A DNA stretch of 64,000 nucleotides from Eledone cirrhosa (taxonomy: Eukaryota). Under the pieces are notes generated by a model. The model saw nothing but the letters and a program-made list of their open reading frames with translations, was not told the origin of the DNA and searched no databases. The translations under genes and the position numbers were made by a program. This document shows positions 12,144-26,159 of the stretch, in pieces. The stretch covers positions 135,036,001 to 135,100,000 of the forward strand of contig OZ024740.1 in assembly GCA_964016885.1 (NCBI GenBank), written 5' to 3'. The stretch's first letter is position 1. Every line of letters begins with the position of its first letter.

Positions 12144-15100
12144 AAAAAACGATGTTATAAGCTTTTCTGGGTGGGAAACGACGATGGGCTGGGTGGAGTA
12201 GGAATCATGGTAGCAGAAAAGTGGGCGGATAAGATAATAGACGTAAATAGAGTGAACGACAGAATAATTAAAATACGACTTGTCCTCAATAGAACTACGG
12301 TGACAGTAATATCTGCGTATGCACCCCAATCCGGACTGCCCGGCACTATAAAAGACAGATTCTATGAGACACTGATGCTCACTACCTCCCAAATATCTGA
12401 CAGTGACTATATAATTATTGCAGGCGACCTAAATGGTCACGTTGGGCAACATTGTGACGGCTACGACGAAATCCATGGAGGCTATGGGTTTGGTACTAGA
12501 AATGAGGAAGGCTCCAGAATCCTGGAATTCTGTGATGCAAATAACCTAACTATCTGTAACACTAACTTCAAAAAACGTGACAATCACCTGATCACCTATA
12601 GATCCGGGGAACACACAAGCCAGGTAGATTATATCCTTACCAGAAGACGTGACAGAGTGTCTGTTGTAAACACTAAATCCCTCCCCCATGAAGAATGCAC
12701 CTCCCAACATAGACTGATAATTAGCGACCTCATAGTCAGGTCGAGACGTACTCGACAGCAGAAGAGGACTATCCTCAGGAGAAAAATATGGAAGCTAAAG
12801 GACCCCACAGCCAAAAATAAATTTCAAAACATATTACTTGATGCTTTCGACAGTAAGGAAGAACACTTAGAGTCGGACAATATAGAGGGACAGTGGGAAT
12901 TTCTGAAAGCAAACCTGCTGTTGGCCACAGACGAAGTCTGTGGCTGGAGCAGGCCTGTAGGCAGGAGGAGAGTAACATGGTGGTGGAACAGTAAGGTGGA
13001 GGAGTCAATTAAGGCCAAAAAGCAGGCTTGGAAAGTATGGCGGGATGGGGGAAGTAGAGTAGACTATCAAGTGGCCAGGAGGGAAGCTAGGAGAGAAGTG
13101 TACTTAGCAAGAAGGGAAGCTGAGGAAAGAAAGTTCAAGCATGTCCTACAACGCGATGACCAAAAACGTGAGGTGTTCAGGATTGCTAGGCAATGCGTCA
13201 AGGAAAACCGTGATATTGTCGGGGAGAAGTGTGTACTTAACGATGATGGCATACTTGCCATCACCGACACTGATAAGAAGGCAGCTTGGAAGTGTCACTA
13301 TGAAAGGCTACTAAATGAGGAGAATAAATGGGAGAAAGACAGTCTCCCCCATGTCGACCCAATAGAGGGACCAGCAGTGTTAGTCGAGGGGAGTATAATA
13401 AGTAAGGCAATCAAGGATATGAAGACAGGTAAGGCGGCTGGGCCTTCGGAAATAGTTGCTGAGATGCTGAAGGCATCTGGCACGGTGGGACACACCATGG
13501 TCACCCGCATAGTTAACCAAGTCGTACAGAATGGGGTTGTTCCGAAGGACTGGCATAGCAGCATCATCGTTAACTGTTATAAGGGTAAAGGAGACGCCCT
13601 AGATAGGAGTAACTATAGAGGCATTAAATTAATCGACCAGGTCATGAAGGTCACAGAAAAAGTAATAGCGCAACTAATCAGAGAGAGAATTGACCTAGAT
13701 GAAATGCAGTTCGGGTTTGTGTCAGGCAAAAGTACCACAGACGCTCTTTTCATAGTACGACAACTACAGGAGAAGTACCTAGCTAAAGGTAAACCCCTCT
13801 ACTTAGCTTTTGTCGACTTGGAGAAAGCCTTCGACAGAGTCCCCCGCTCCATTATCTGGTGGGCTCTTAGAAAACTAGGCGTTGACGAATGGCTTGTGAG
13901 GGCTATACAAGCCATGTATAAAGAAACAGTCAGCAAGGTTAGAATTAACAACGAATATAGTGAAGAGTTTAGCGTAAAAGTTGGCGTCCATCAGGGCTCT
14001 GTTCTCAGCCCCCTACTATTTATTATTGCCCTTCAGGCTATAACAGAGGAGTTCAAGACAGGCTGCCCATGGGAACTCCTATACGCAGACGACCTGACAC
14101 TCATAGCGGAATCAATGGCCGAGCTAGAGAAGAAATTCCAAACATGGAAGCACGGCCTAGAGTCAAAAGGACTTAAAATTAACCTGGCTAAGACCAAAGT
14201 TCTAGTTTGTAGGAAAGAAAACAAGGCGGCGGTCCCTTCTGGGAAATGGTCGTGCTCGGTGTGTAGGAAAGGCGTAGGTAGAAACTCCATTTTGTGTCCT
14301 AAATGCAAAGTATGGGTGCATAAAAGATGTAGTGGGATCACAGGTAAGCTAACTAAGAACATAGATTTTACATGTGGCCGGTGTTCTGGTGCAATAAGTA
14401 GCAGCAAGTGCCCACACAATACTAGCTCTTTCAATTGCGCAGAGGGTTCTATAGAAATAGTGGACAGCTTCCGTTACCTGGGCGATAAAATCAGCAGTGG
14501 GGGAGGGTGCTCTGAAAGTACTGTAGCTAGAGTCAGAACTGGTTGGAAAAAGTTCAGAGAGCTTATACCACTATTAGCTGCTAAAGGGTTCTCCCTAAAA
14601 ATGAAAGGCAGGTTGTACGATGCCTGCATACGAACAGCAATGTTGCATGGCAGTGAGACCTGGGCATTGTGTGCAGAGGATATACGCAGACTAGAGAGGA
14701 ACGAAGCTTGCATGCTCCGCTGGATGTGTAACAGTAATATACGTGAACGGCAAAGCATAAACGAACTAAGGAAAAAATTAGAGATAAGAGGGATCAGATG
14801 TTGTTTACTCGAGAGAAGGCTACGTTGGTATGGACACGTGATGCGCATGAAAGTCGATAGCTGTATAACAAAGTGCAGGGCAATAAAGATAGACGGTAGC
14901 CACGGAATAGGCAGACCTAGAAAAACCTGGGACGAGCTGATAAACTCCGACCTCACACACTTACACCTCTCCAAGACAATGTCACTGGACCGAGACCTTT
15001 GGCGGTACTCAGTAACAGAGAAGACCCGCCTTGCCAGTAGGCATCTCTAACAAAATACACCCCGTCCCACCACCACCACCCCCACCCCATCCACACCACC

Positions 15101-15412
15101 CCGTCCTATGTAAAGTTATGTTGGTGCCGCGCCATCCGGGCCGAAACAAATGAGATCGTGTAGGTGTCACGACAAAAAAAACACACAGTCCACGCTGTAA
15201 TGTGGCCGTGTAGGCAACACGGTAAAAACCTCCCAGACCCACACTGTAAATGTGGTTGGTGTTAGGAAGGGCATCCAACTGTAGAAAACCTGCCAGACAG
15301 TCCTATGCGAGCAAGACAATCACTCTTGCCTCAAGTGGGACTACCCCCGTCCAAACCCATGCAAGCGTGGAACACGGACGTTAAACGTTGATGATGATGA
15401 TGATGATGATGA
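12144..15412 (+). mobile_element. RTE-clade LINE, young, slightly 5'-truncated; reading frame open to stop at 15050 (APE endonuclease, RT, PHD-type finger)
   Basis: SAYAPQ, GDLNGHVG, SQVDYIL (APE); FVDLEKAFD, QGSVLSP, YADD, RLRWYGHVMR, GRPRKTW (RTE RT and C-terminus). The 3'UTR ends in (GAT)n and the 5' end abuts (TA)n. Confidence 0.97.
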
Positions 15413-15862
15413 TCATTATCATCATCATCATTTTATGTCCGCTTTTCCCTGCTTGCAAGGGTGGGATGGGTCCTATTCAGCACAGCATCTCTCTACTTGT
15501 CACGGTCCTTCATCAGCTCTCACCACCTCCTCCCATGTTTTTTGTGGTCTTCCTCTACTGCGTCTTCCTTCTACTGGGATTTCTTTGCACTTCTTTACCC
15601 AGTGGTCATCCTCCATGTGCATCATATGTCCATACCAACGCAGTCTTTTCTCCCGCACACAACAACTTATCCCTCTTATACACAGCTTCTCTTTCAACTC
15701 ATCTATGCTTTGTTCTTCACGCATATTGACATTGCACATCCAATGGATCATGCTTGCTTCATTTCCAACCGTCGCATATCCTCCACAGTTGCTGCCCACA
15801 GTCGCGCATCTCACACAGGCATCATATAACTGGCCTTTCGTTTGTAGGGAGAAACCCTTCTT
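15413..15862 (-). mobile_element. RTE 3' fragment of a different family
   Basis: NEASMIHWMCN...RLRWYGHMMH...GRPQKTW. Confidence 0.88.
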
Positions 15863-17349
15863 TATATATATATATATATATATAAATATTAAAATGATGG
15901 GGTATATAATTCCTGAAAAAGGGATAGAAAGGTCATAGAGGAAATGCTGAGATCTGTTTGATTAGCACTAATCTAAGGCCAAACAATAAACCATATTAGA
16001 AGAACCCCTACAAAATTTATACTGTGGACTGTGAAAGACCGAACCAAATACTGTATTGTAGCTATACAACCCAAGTAGAGCAATGTAAGAATAAGTACTT
16101 TGCTGAAGGACACAATATGTTCAGTATATGGATTGAGTCTTTAACCTTACTATCTTAAGACTAGTACTGTTACATAACAGCGCGTGAACACTACCTAGTC
16201 ATTGAAATTATTTTTGCGTACATTGACTCCACACCTACAAGATTCCCAGGAAAGTTGTGTTTATTTAAACAAAATGATAAATACTTAAGTACAATTAAAA
16301 CTAGATTATGAGGTTTGCCCTACTAGGATAGGCATATCCGTGCATTCACACACACTCCAGTAATATTATTAGTTAGAATTTGTTTGTTTTTCCAGTTTGG
16401 AAATATCACAACTAGATATGGAGGTAGATCCCTCACCACCCATACCTGTTGCTGACCACCAAATATCACCGACTTGATACACAATCCAGTGGGGACACCT
16501 CTATATCGTCGCTTACTGAAACAATCATATTCCTGAATATAGGGAAGTGCATTGAATAATCTAGTCCTTATATGAAAAAAAGATGATATGGTCATGGGGA
16601 GGGGCAAAGGGGGAATTTGCGTGGGCCTCTTGCAGTATGGCTATAGCCGTTTATTTGTGATCAGTGATGGCTATAGCAGTTTATTTGTGCCCTCAATTGG
16701 GCTATTTAGTTTTACGATGGTTAGAATTTTTGAATATAATACCTGTAGGTATAGATTTTTATTTCCAATTATTTATGCCAAGCTAACTTTGATATGTAAA
16801 ATTGTGGGTTTGCTGTGTATTCTAATTTTTTTTGTATGAGGGGCCCCACAAACCTGAAGTGCCAGGCTCCCCCCAAGGTCTAAATCCAACCCTGCATTTG
16901 GTCAAAGGTCTGCTCAATTAAGTTCTCTACCTGGGGTTAAACAACAGCAGGGTTTCTAATAGTATCATAGTGACATGGATTTGTACAAAAATGAGCAATC
17001 AGGTGAGACTAATCATTGCTATGTCTTCTGTCATGTCAGAGATAGTGGAATTTTCATTGTGTTTGTATATACGTGTGCCAACATGTGTATATACACGAGT
17101 ATGTTTGTGTCCAAATGTTTGTGTGTACTTGTGTTGTGTCTCTGATTTCTCGCTATCTCTACTTCAAGGAGAAATTAATATAATTAATATAAATATATGG
17201 TATCTATTATATATCTATATGTGTTTAATGTACAAATCTGTATGTATGACGTAGATCATCATCATTACTTTCATGGCCACTTTTCTATGCTGGTATAGGT
17301 TTTATCAATAGCATAGAAAATGGATGTAAAATGATAATGATATATATAT

Positions 17350-18681
17350 ATCATCATCATCATTGCCGTTTTATGTCCATTCTTCCACACTAGCATGGGT
17401 TAGACGCGTTGTCCTGTTGTGGGCAATGCTAGGTCAGGTGACCATGCCTTGCTTATACAGAAATGATTTTGGCTTGATTTCTACAGCTGGATGCCCTTCC
17501 TAATGCCAACCTCGTTTACAGTGAGTACTGGGTGCGTTTTGTTGTGACACACACCTACACCACCACTTTATAGTGTGTACTGGGTGCTTTTTCTCGTGAC
17601 ACCTACGCGAGCACTTTATAGTGAGTACTGGGTCTTTTTGTTGTGACACCTACACGACCACTTTATAGTGAGTACTGGGTCTTTTTGTTGTGACACCTAC
17701 ACGACCACTTTACAGTGAGTACTGGTGCTTTTTGTTGTGAAACCTACACGACCACTTTACAGTGAGTACTGGTGCTTTTTGTTGTGACACCTACACGACC
17801 ACTTTACAGTGAGTACTGGTGCTTTTTGTTGTGACACCTACACGACCACTTTATAGTGTGGGCTGGGTGCTTTTCGTCGTGATACTTACACGACCACTTT
17901 ATAGTGAGTACTGGTGCTTTTTGTTGTGACACCTACACGACCACTTTATAGTGTGGGCTGGGTGCTTTTTGTTGTGACACCTACACAACCACTTTATAGT
18001 GTGGGCTGGGTGCTTTTCGTCGTGATACTTACACGACCACTTTACAGTGAGTACTGGTGCTTTTTGTTGTGACACCTACACGACCACTTTATAGTGTGGG
18101 CTGGGTGCTTTTCGTCGTGAAACCTACACGACCACTTTACAGTGAGTACTGGTGCTTTTTGTTGTGACACCTACACGACCACTTTATAGTGTGGGCTGGG
18201 TGCTTTTCATCGTGATACTTACACGATCACTATGCAGTGGGAGGGTGGGGCAGGGTATACTGTATATATGCTTCAGCTTTGGCCTGTGCCTCTGGGAAGT
18301 CGGATCTTCTGTATTACTGCATAACGCCAGAGATCTCGGCCTTTGAAAGGTGCAACTGGGCAAGGTCCGATTTTATCACCTCATCCCAAGTTTTCCTGTG
18401 TCTTCCCACTCCAAGGCTTCCAACGACTTTGAGCGCTCTGCAGCTTTTTAGGCAGCTGTCATCCTTCATACGCATCACATTTCCATACCAACGTAATCTC
18501 CTTTCTTGCACACAGTTCATTTATGATATGCTGTTCACGTATATTACTATTACACGTCCATTGGAGCATGCAAGCTTCATTTCTTTCCAGGCTATGCAAG
18601 TCTTCAGCTCACAGCACCCATGTTTCACTACCATGCAACATTGCTGTTTGTATGCACCCATCATACTGTCTGCCTTTCATT
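17350..18681 (-). mobile_element. RTE 3' fragment whose 3'UTR holds an expanded minisatellite
   Basis: RRLRWYGNVMRMKDDSC peptide at 18314-18520 and shared tail GGATGCCCTTCCTAA. Confidence 0.9.
17510..18240. repeat. Tandem repeat of ~42-45 bp (gtgacacctacacgaccactttatagtgagtactggtgctttttgtt), about 16 units
   Basis: Directly visible units, two alternating variants. Confidence 0.95.
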
Positions 18682-19265
18682 TTGGTTTTCGCTTCTGTAT
18701 CTTTTATATCTCCATTGTTAATTTATTTGGCAATCAACATTTATCATTGATTGACCAATGGTTAAAAACTGTAAAACTAGAAATGTAGTCTATAGCATAA
18801 GATGTACAGAGGGTACTTGCAGAAACAAAATGACATACATAGGTGAGACAGCTCGAAGCATAGGAGAAAGAATAGACCAACACTAAAACGACAAAAAACG
18901 GTTCAGTACTATATGAACACGCCAGACAAAGACATGACAGTAATATAGACAACATAGAAATTAAAATAATATCTAAACAGCAATGACTCAACAGGAAGGC
19001 AAATCAGAGAAGCAACTGAGATGGAGTTAAGAAGACCAAAGTTAAACAGAAAAAATGAATGGAATAACAACAACAACCATACCCAAACAAACAATACTGA
19101 CTTAAGGGAAATATAAATAAATAAATATATACACAAGTGCAATAACAACAAACGCATATAAACACACACTAGTAAACAAAGATAGAACACATGCACTCAA
19201 ATGTGAACACACACACCAAACATTATACACACATGCAAACGCATGCTGAGAGATGGGGACAAGAA

Positions 19266-19296
<31 letters not shown>

Positions 19297-19900
19297 AATA
19301 AAAATGATGTAGACATTGCACTACAATACAATACAATACAATACAATAGGAGGGAACATAATAGTACCACTGATGATGTTGCAGATGTGCAATGAAAGAA
19401 CTTTGATAAACTATATATATATCATCATTTTTTTCATTTCATTTTACGTCCGCTTTTTCCCCGCTTGCAAGAGTGGGACGGGAACTGATTCTGGCTTGAT
19501 TTCTACAGCTGGATGCCTTTCCTAACACCAACCTCATTTACAGTGAGTGCTGGGTGCTTTTTTGCCGTGGCACCTCCACGACCACTTTGCAGTGGAATGA
19601 TAGGGACCTCAGTCCCTAACATCTCATTTCTACAGCTGAGTAAACTGGAGCAATGTGAAATAAAGTGTCTTGCTCAAGGAAACAACACATCACCCGGCCT
19701 GAGAATTGAACTCACAACCTTTCGATTGCAATAAATTAACTATGGAGATATAAAAGATATAGAAGCAAAAACCAACCAAACAGTGAATGTGTTCTGTTAT
19801 TATTTCTGGCAATATTATTACAACAATATGACCCTCCCCAAGTATAACAATATTTGTTTCGACACACGATTTCATATCAAAAACCTTGCAAAACAAATTC
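18682..19900 (+). mobile_element. Degenerate Neptune/Nematis-like PLE 3' end with short inverted 5' piece; SINE inserted at 19423-19729
   Basis: CKTRNVVYSIRCT..YIGETARS coding remnant at 18770-18870. 18682-18727 is inverted relative to 19730-19775. Confidence 0.82.
19365..19408 (+). ncRNA. Minimal hammerhead in PLE 3' end
   Basis: UACCA-CUGAUGAu-GUUGCA(gaug)UGCAAU-GAAAG-aa-CUU-UGAUA. Confidence 0.68.
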
Positions 19901-20150
19901 ATATATATATGTGATGTGTTGTTTCCTTGATCGGACTCGGTGATGTGTTGTTTCCTTGAGCAAGACACTTTATTTCACATTGCTCCAGTTTACTCAGCTG
20001 TAGAAATGAGATGATAGGACTGGGGTCCCTATCATTCCACTGCAAAGTGGTCGTGGAGGTGTCACGGCAAAAAAGCGCCCAGCCCACATTGTAAAGTGGA
20101 CGTGTAGGCGCCACAGAAAAAAAGCATCCAGCGCTCACTGTAAATGAGGT
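19423..20150. mobile_element. Two truncated copies of the CORE-like SINE in opposite orientation (19423-19729 -, 19911-20150 +)
   Basis: Identity to the 10476 copy. Confidence 0.8.
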
Positions 20151-20419
20151 AGCATGGGAGGGGGTGTTCCGAGGCCATAGTATCTAGAATAAGGATGGGT
20201 TGGAAGAAGTTTAGGGAGCTGGTTCCTCTGTTGACAAAGAAGTGTTTCTCCCTGCGTATGAAAGGGCGGTTATATGATGCCTGTGTGAGATGCGCGATGC
20301 TGCATGGTAGTGAAACATGGGCAGCAACTGCAGAAGATATGTGACGGCTGGAGAGAAATAACTGTATGTGTGTCCTACCCATGCTAGCATGGAAGATGGA
20401 TGCTAAACGATGATGATGA

Positions 20420-22080
20420 TGTGTGTCTTGTTCCTTACTTGTGTATGTAGCTGGTTTGAGATCCTCGTTGTTCTTCTTATAAATATTCTCCTGTCTCTGG
20501 GATTAATATTCCTGTTGTACTTTCTTTCTGGGACAAACTTGGAGCATATGGCTTGTATCATTTCCATGAATAGCTCAAGTTGTATATTGACATCTTTCAT
20601 AGAAAGACTGTAGGTCCAGTTTTGAATCAGGAGCTCCTCCTGAATCCTTTTCCATTTAGCTTTGTGGAAGTTTAACCCTTTAACATTCACATTACTCTAT
20701 ATATACTATTGTATTTTCATGTTAAATGATTTATCTCACATAATATCGAATCTATGAGATTTTGAAATATTTATTTTGAGAACAATACCTTAACATCAGT
20801 TTGAGTGACCAGTTACAGCCAGTTTCAACAGAAAAAGGTAGAGAATTCTGGCTGGTTTTGGCCGGTTTGAACATTAAAGGGTTAAGCTGGATAAAGATCA
20901 GTGCTTTGTGTCAGCAGTATATCTACAGTCATCTTCAGACTATACATTCTTAGTTCTACTATGTTATAGTCCGAAAAAATCAGTGGTGTCTCTTTCACAT
21001 TGTGGATGAGCTCTGTGTTATTCGTGAAGCAGAGATCCAGGGTATTCTCACCTCGTGTTAGGTGGTATAGCATTTGTTTCATGAAGAATCTGTTTGTAAA
21101 GTCCAACAAGGATTCTGTCTGCCTTTGTTCAGGTGCCATAATTCCTGTAATGGGCTGGCCTTTGGGTCATTTGACCTTGGGGAGGTTGAAATCTCCCAGT
21201 AGTAGGATGTTGAGACTCTGATCCAAATTGATTAGCACTTCTTCCATCTTTCTGATGCTATCTTCAAACTTGTCCTCATGTCTGGGGGTAGCTGGTGGTC
21301 GATGTGACACATATTACCATTTTGAGTTGCTTCACATATACTATTAACGCATCACAGACCCAGTTGGAATGTGACAGCAGTACTAAAGATGTGACATCTT
21401 CACAGATGTACAAAGCAACTCCACCATGAGTTCTCCCTCTCCTGTCAGCATGAAATACAACATACTTTGGTATGTGTATTTCCACATCTGCAATGCTAGC
21501 TGTCAGGTGAGTTTCAGCTAGTGTCATGCATATTGCTTGTGGCTAGGTCTCAGGTAGGGGATCTTACACATGTTGGTCAGTTTTACCTGGCCACTGACAT
21601 TTAGTAGTAGCACTGGTGTGATATTTGGGGTGTCAGTGGTGGCTGTTGATATGGCATTTGTGTGGGTGTCAGTCATGGCCAGCCTGGGTGCTTTATTTGT
21701 GGTGGTCGCGAGTGTTGATGTGACTGGCTTTGTATTTGGTGAAGCCAAGTCAGCTGTCTCACAATCTTTTTTTCAACCATCTTGCTTGGATCTACCCCTG
21801 GGTCTCCTGCCAGCTGGTTTTGCCTGTCTAGCGATTCTTTCCTAAGACATTCTAACCACATGACAATATGAGAACTGTGATCTTTCAATTCAGAAAAGTA
21901 GTGGCTCAACCTGAAGTGACTCAACTGATTTCCGAGCTAAGCACTCTATTGAATAACATTACTCCAAAGACCATTCGAAGGAATCTCATTTCGGCTGCTT
22001 GTATTCGCAATCATCTTCTTTTAGTCTTTATCCAAAATTATGACCATAATTGTGGGTTGGCACGAATACCGAATTGAAGA
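20420..22080 (-). mobile_element. Degenerate CR1/L2-group LINE fragment (APE endonuclease region)
   Basis: LAETHL, DRRGRTHGGVALYI, LLGDFNLP.VKW, TRGENTLDLCFTN, NFHKAKW. Confidence 0.8.
20676..20881. mobile_element. piggyBac-like MITE with TTAA target duplication; related copies start at 25522 and 46698
   Basis: TTAA|CCCTTTAA...TTAAAGGG|TTAA; it interrupts the CR1-like reading frame. Confidence 0.8.
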
Positions 22081-22695
22081 TAGCAAGTTTGACTGAATGC
22101 TGAAGCTTATCATTACTGCACCATCTCTTCTAATTCTTGCACGTAATTGACCCTCCTACCTTCTATCACTCATGAACATCCCTTTGAGATACTTGAATTT
22201 CTCCATCTGTTTCAGTGGACTCACATGTAGAGTGCACTGTGCAGACTTCCTTGAGAGGATGTGTGTCCCAGCAGCACTGATTTTCATTCCTGCTGGGCAG
22301 CACTTAACAGAAAACCTATCAAGTGCATGTCAGATGAGCTATGTAGTAGCTGTAGTCTGCAAATTCCTTGAAAAGGCATATGGCCATGTATTATGGGACC
22401 TGTTGTGGAAGATCTGCACGAGTAAGGGATCGATGACCAGCTCTTTGTTGCACTGAAATCTGTATACGATTGTCCTAGTAATTTGTGTTCAGATAATGGT
22501 GCTAAGTCAAAGCCATTCAATATGGTCTCTGCCAAGATTGCATACTGTGACCTCTCCGGTTCATTATCTTCATGGACAGGATTGACATGTGCAACCTGGT
22601 TGGAAGTGGTATCAAGGCTGGGAAATCATAAATTGAAGTGAAACTCAACAGGTGTGTTTGTTTTTTATTGGTAGCATGATCCTCCCAAAGTATAA

Positions 22696-22730
<35 letters not shown>

Positions 22731-22733
<3 letters not shown>

Positions 22734-23247
22734 TCATCATCGTTTAATGTCCATCTTCCACGCTAGCATGGGTTAGACGGTTTTGTTCCATTCGATGTGG
22801 GAATGGTCGGGAGACCATGTCTTGCTCGCACGGAAGCATCTCTGGCAGGTTTTTTTTACAGTTGGATGCCCTTCCTAACACCAACCACATTTACAGTGTG
22901 GACTGGGAGCCTTTTCACCGTGTCTTCTACAGTGTGGACTGTTGTGTCATCGACACAGTGGACGGAACGGGAGAGGGTGTGGCGGTGGGGTGTACATTGA
23001 GTTAAGAGGTGCCTACTGAGTGTAGGTTTGTATGCAATGGTAGCGGGGTCTTCTGTACAACTGCATGGCGCCAAATGTCTCGATCCTGTGTCATTGTCTT
23101 AGAGAGGTGTAGGTGGGCAAGGTCAGTTTTTATCAGCTCGTCCCAGATTTTTCTTGGTCTACCCACTTCGCAGCTTCCATCAATTTTCATTGCCCTGCAC
23201 TTTTTTATACAGCTCTCGTCCTTCATACGCATCACATGTCCATACAT
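22731..23247 (-). mobile_element. RTE 3' fragment
   Basis: YGHVMRMKDESCIKKC...GRPRKIW plus 3'UTR and tail. Confidence 0.9.
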
Positions 23248-26159
23248 ATTTGATGGTATGCAGAATTTAACAATGCAGTGAGAGGTAGTTGATTAAGTAA
23301 TAATCCAGCTTTCATAGGCCATTGCATAACTGTATTGAAACACGTGTTAGAGACCCTATTGTAAAATAAATATTTCTTCAAACTTCAACAAGTGTTGCCT
23401 AGCTTTTCCTGATATCCTGTTCATATTTTATAAATATATATATATGAAAAATTTGGGACCCCAATGGCTGAGCTCCAGCCGTTTCAACAGTTAGACCCGA
23501 AGGAATTTTTCATATTATCCACTCTACTACCCCAAGTATCAAGTACTGTGGTGAGTAATGGTCTAACTGGTTTTTACTGCCTCCATTCTGATATATATAT
23601 ATATATATGAATAAAACCCATGCCAGAATGTGAATGTGGATGTAAAATACTGATGCTGATAATATATGTTTGTAGTTAATTTCTAAAATAGAAATGAGAT
23701 ACTCAATATATGAGACATTATAAGATTGTATGTACTAAATTTGATGTGTCTGTGTATAATTTTTGACTGATTATTTTGTGCATTGTGATGCCTGTAGCAG
23801 AAAGAAGTAAATGAGAGAGGGTGAGGATGGAGGAGAAGAATTTGCTGCGATGTTGATAAAGTATAACAGATAATTACAAAAATGTTTGATAGAAGATATG
23901 CCTCTCATCTTCAAGGGAAGGCTATTACTGTTGTTATTTTTCAATTAACAGGTTTTTTACTCTTTAGTTCCTTTATAATGTCAAATGTCATTCAGGATTT
24001 GTGTTGAAATTCTTGCAGTACTAAGATCAAAACTTATTGTGAACTCTGACCTTTGTTCTCCTGCTTCTTATTTGGCAACACAGGACTTTGTTATTTTCAT
24101 TATACAGAAAACATACTTGCATATTCAGGACTTTCATCTTTAAAAGAGAAATATTCTGAATTGTTTCTGCCATTAACACAAGTTTCAAAATAGTTTCCAG
24201 TGAAATCATCATCATCACACCATCATCAATGCCAACAACCCTCAACACCATATCCTCCTCCTACTTTATTTTAGTCCCTTCTTTTTTTTATTTTTATTTT
24301 TCTTTGTTACAGACATGGGTTAGACAGGTTTGTAGCAGTACTGCATATTGGCATTCATAATCCTGTATCATTTTCTCTGTAAAGCCTAACACAGCCTTAT
24401 ATCTGACCTCACTTTCTCTTTGTATGTCTTCTCTAATTGTAGTTTCCATTGCCCTTTTACTAGCCAGTATTGTCTTCACATATTGTTTGGAAAATAGTAA
24501 AATTAGTTGCAAATTTCTGCTAGTGCTTTGCTCTAGTTTCATGACATAGCATAGAGCAGAGATGATGAAATTATCCAACTGAATAGGATGCTGTTATTTC
24601 AGTTAGGGCTGCATGAAACTAGTTTGGCTTTATTTGGTTTATTTTGTTGTATTTGTTTTTCTTGGGTAGCTTAAATAGACTTATGTTGGTTCATGTCACA
24701 CCTGCATCAGTTTAGCTGCTCTCGCATGAGATTACGTCACCCTGGGTGTTACAGCTATTTGATAGCTGCCACTTTTCTTTCAGTCTTTCCATGCCTGTTT
24801 CTTGGCTTTAATGGCTTTATCTACAGCACTATTCCACCACCAAATCACCTGTGGCTGACAACTTGCTCCAGTCACATCTTTTGTCAGTAGTGCACAGCAG
24901 GTTGTCATGTAGAAACTATGTTATATGTATCTATTTACTCTGCCCATTCATTGTAAGCATCACTTAGAACTTTTCTGAACCAACATATAACAGAGACTAT
25001 TTAGCTTCCAAACCTTCCTTCTCTAGATTGTCTTGCATTTCTGATTTCAATTAGTTCCTAATCTGATGTCACTGATAAGCAGTTTCCCTTTTCCTGTGAC
25101 AGGAGATGAGATTTGATCTAAGAATGTACAGATCTGGAGCAGATACTGCATGGCATCTTGCTTGATGCTCTGACAATTCCACCATTCAACAATCCTTAGA
25201 CTGATACTTTATCAACCCTGCAAGAATGAAAGACAAAGTGGACTTCAGAGAAGTAGAGTATCCAGCATGTTTCTGTGGGTTAAATTCCATTGTTCTGGCT
25301 GGGGTTGCCAGGTTAATTTCATAGAAAATAGCACAATATTTAAAAAAACTAATGGATTGTGTTAAAAAGAAGCCCTAAATGAAATGTTGCTACTATATTT
25401 ATAGTAATAATAAATACAAAGACCAAAATCCAGAGAGGATTTGATAAGGGTTGTATATATATATAAGTATATATAAACTAGTAGACTAAATATTTATTAT
25501 TAGTACAGATTAAAAGTTTAACCCTTTAGCATTTAAAATGGCCGTATTTGGCCAGAATTCTCTGACTTCTTTCTGTTCAAACCAGCTGTAATTGGCCACT
25601 CATACCAATGTCGTATTGTTTTCAAAATAAATAACATCAAAATCTCATAGCTTTGATATTATGTGGGATAATTACAAGAGGTAAAGCCTTTAGTGCGAAA
25701 ATACAATAGAAAAATATAGAGTAATGTAAATGCTATATATTTCTGCTTTCACCCTATGCAGGAGCAAGATCATCTGAAACAAATGATCCCAATTAGGGTG
25801 CAAGAAATGTACTAATATATATATATAAAGATTGCCTGTAAATAGTTATAATTTACTTAGTTGATAATTTGATATGATTCTGACCTTTAAAATGTTGAAA
25901 TATCAAGGAGGCCAAATTAAAAATATAGTAGTGAGCAGTCATGAAAAGAAGCATAAACTGGTGTGCAGCTCAGTCTGGAAACTTTGTTTCTAGGTATGAC
26001 TGCCTTGTATCTGTTATACTTATCTTATCCTAGGCTGCAGGTCTCTTGAAAGTAGTTCAAGCAGACTGTTTTACATTGAAAATTAAAAAAAATTATTTTA
26101 GTTGATAAATTGTTTGTTGTTTGTTTATATTTGTTGTTGAGGAAAAAGAGTAGGAAGTA

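Noticed and set aside
11335-15412. Twin-priming inversion of one LINE
   Set aside because: The two head-to-head RTE pieces differ substantially in sequence and each has its own 3' tail, so they are independent insertions.
17510-18240. CRISPR-like repeat array
   Set aside because: Units are contiguous with no unique spacers, lie inside an RTE 3'UTR, and there are no cas genes in this eukaryotic DNA.
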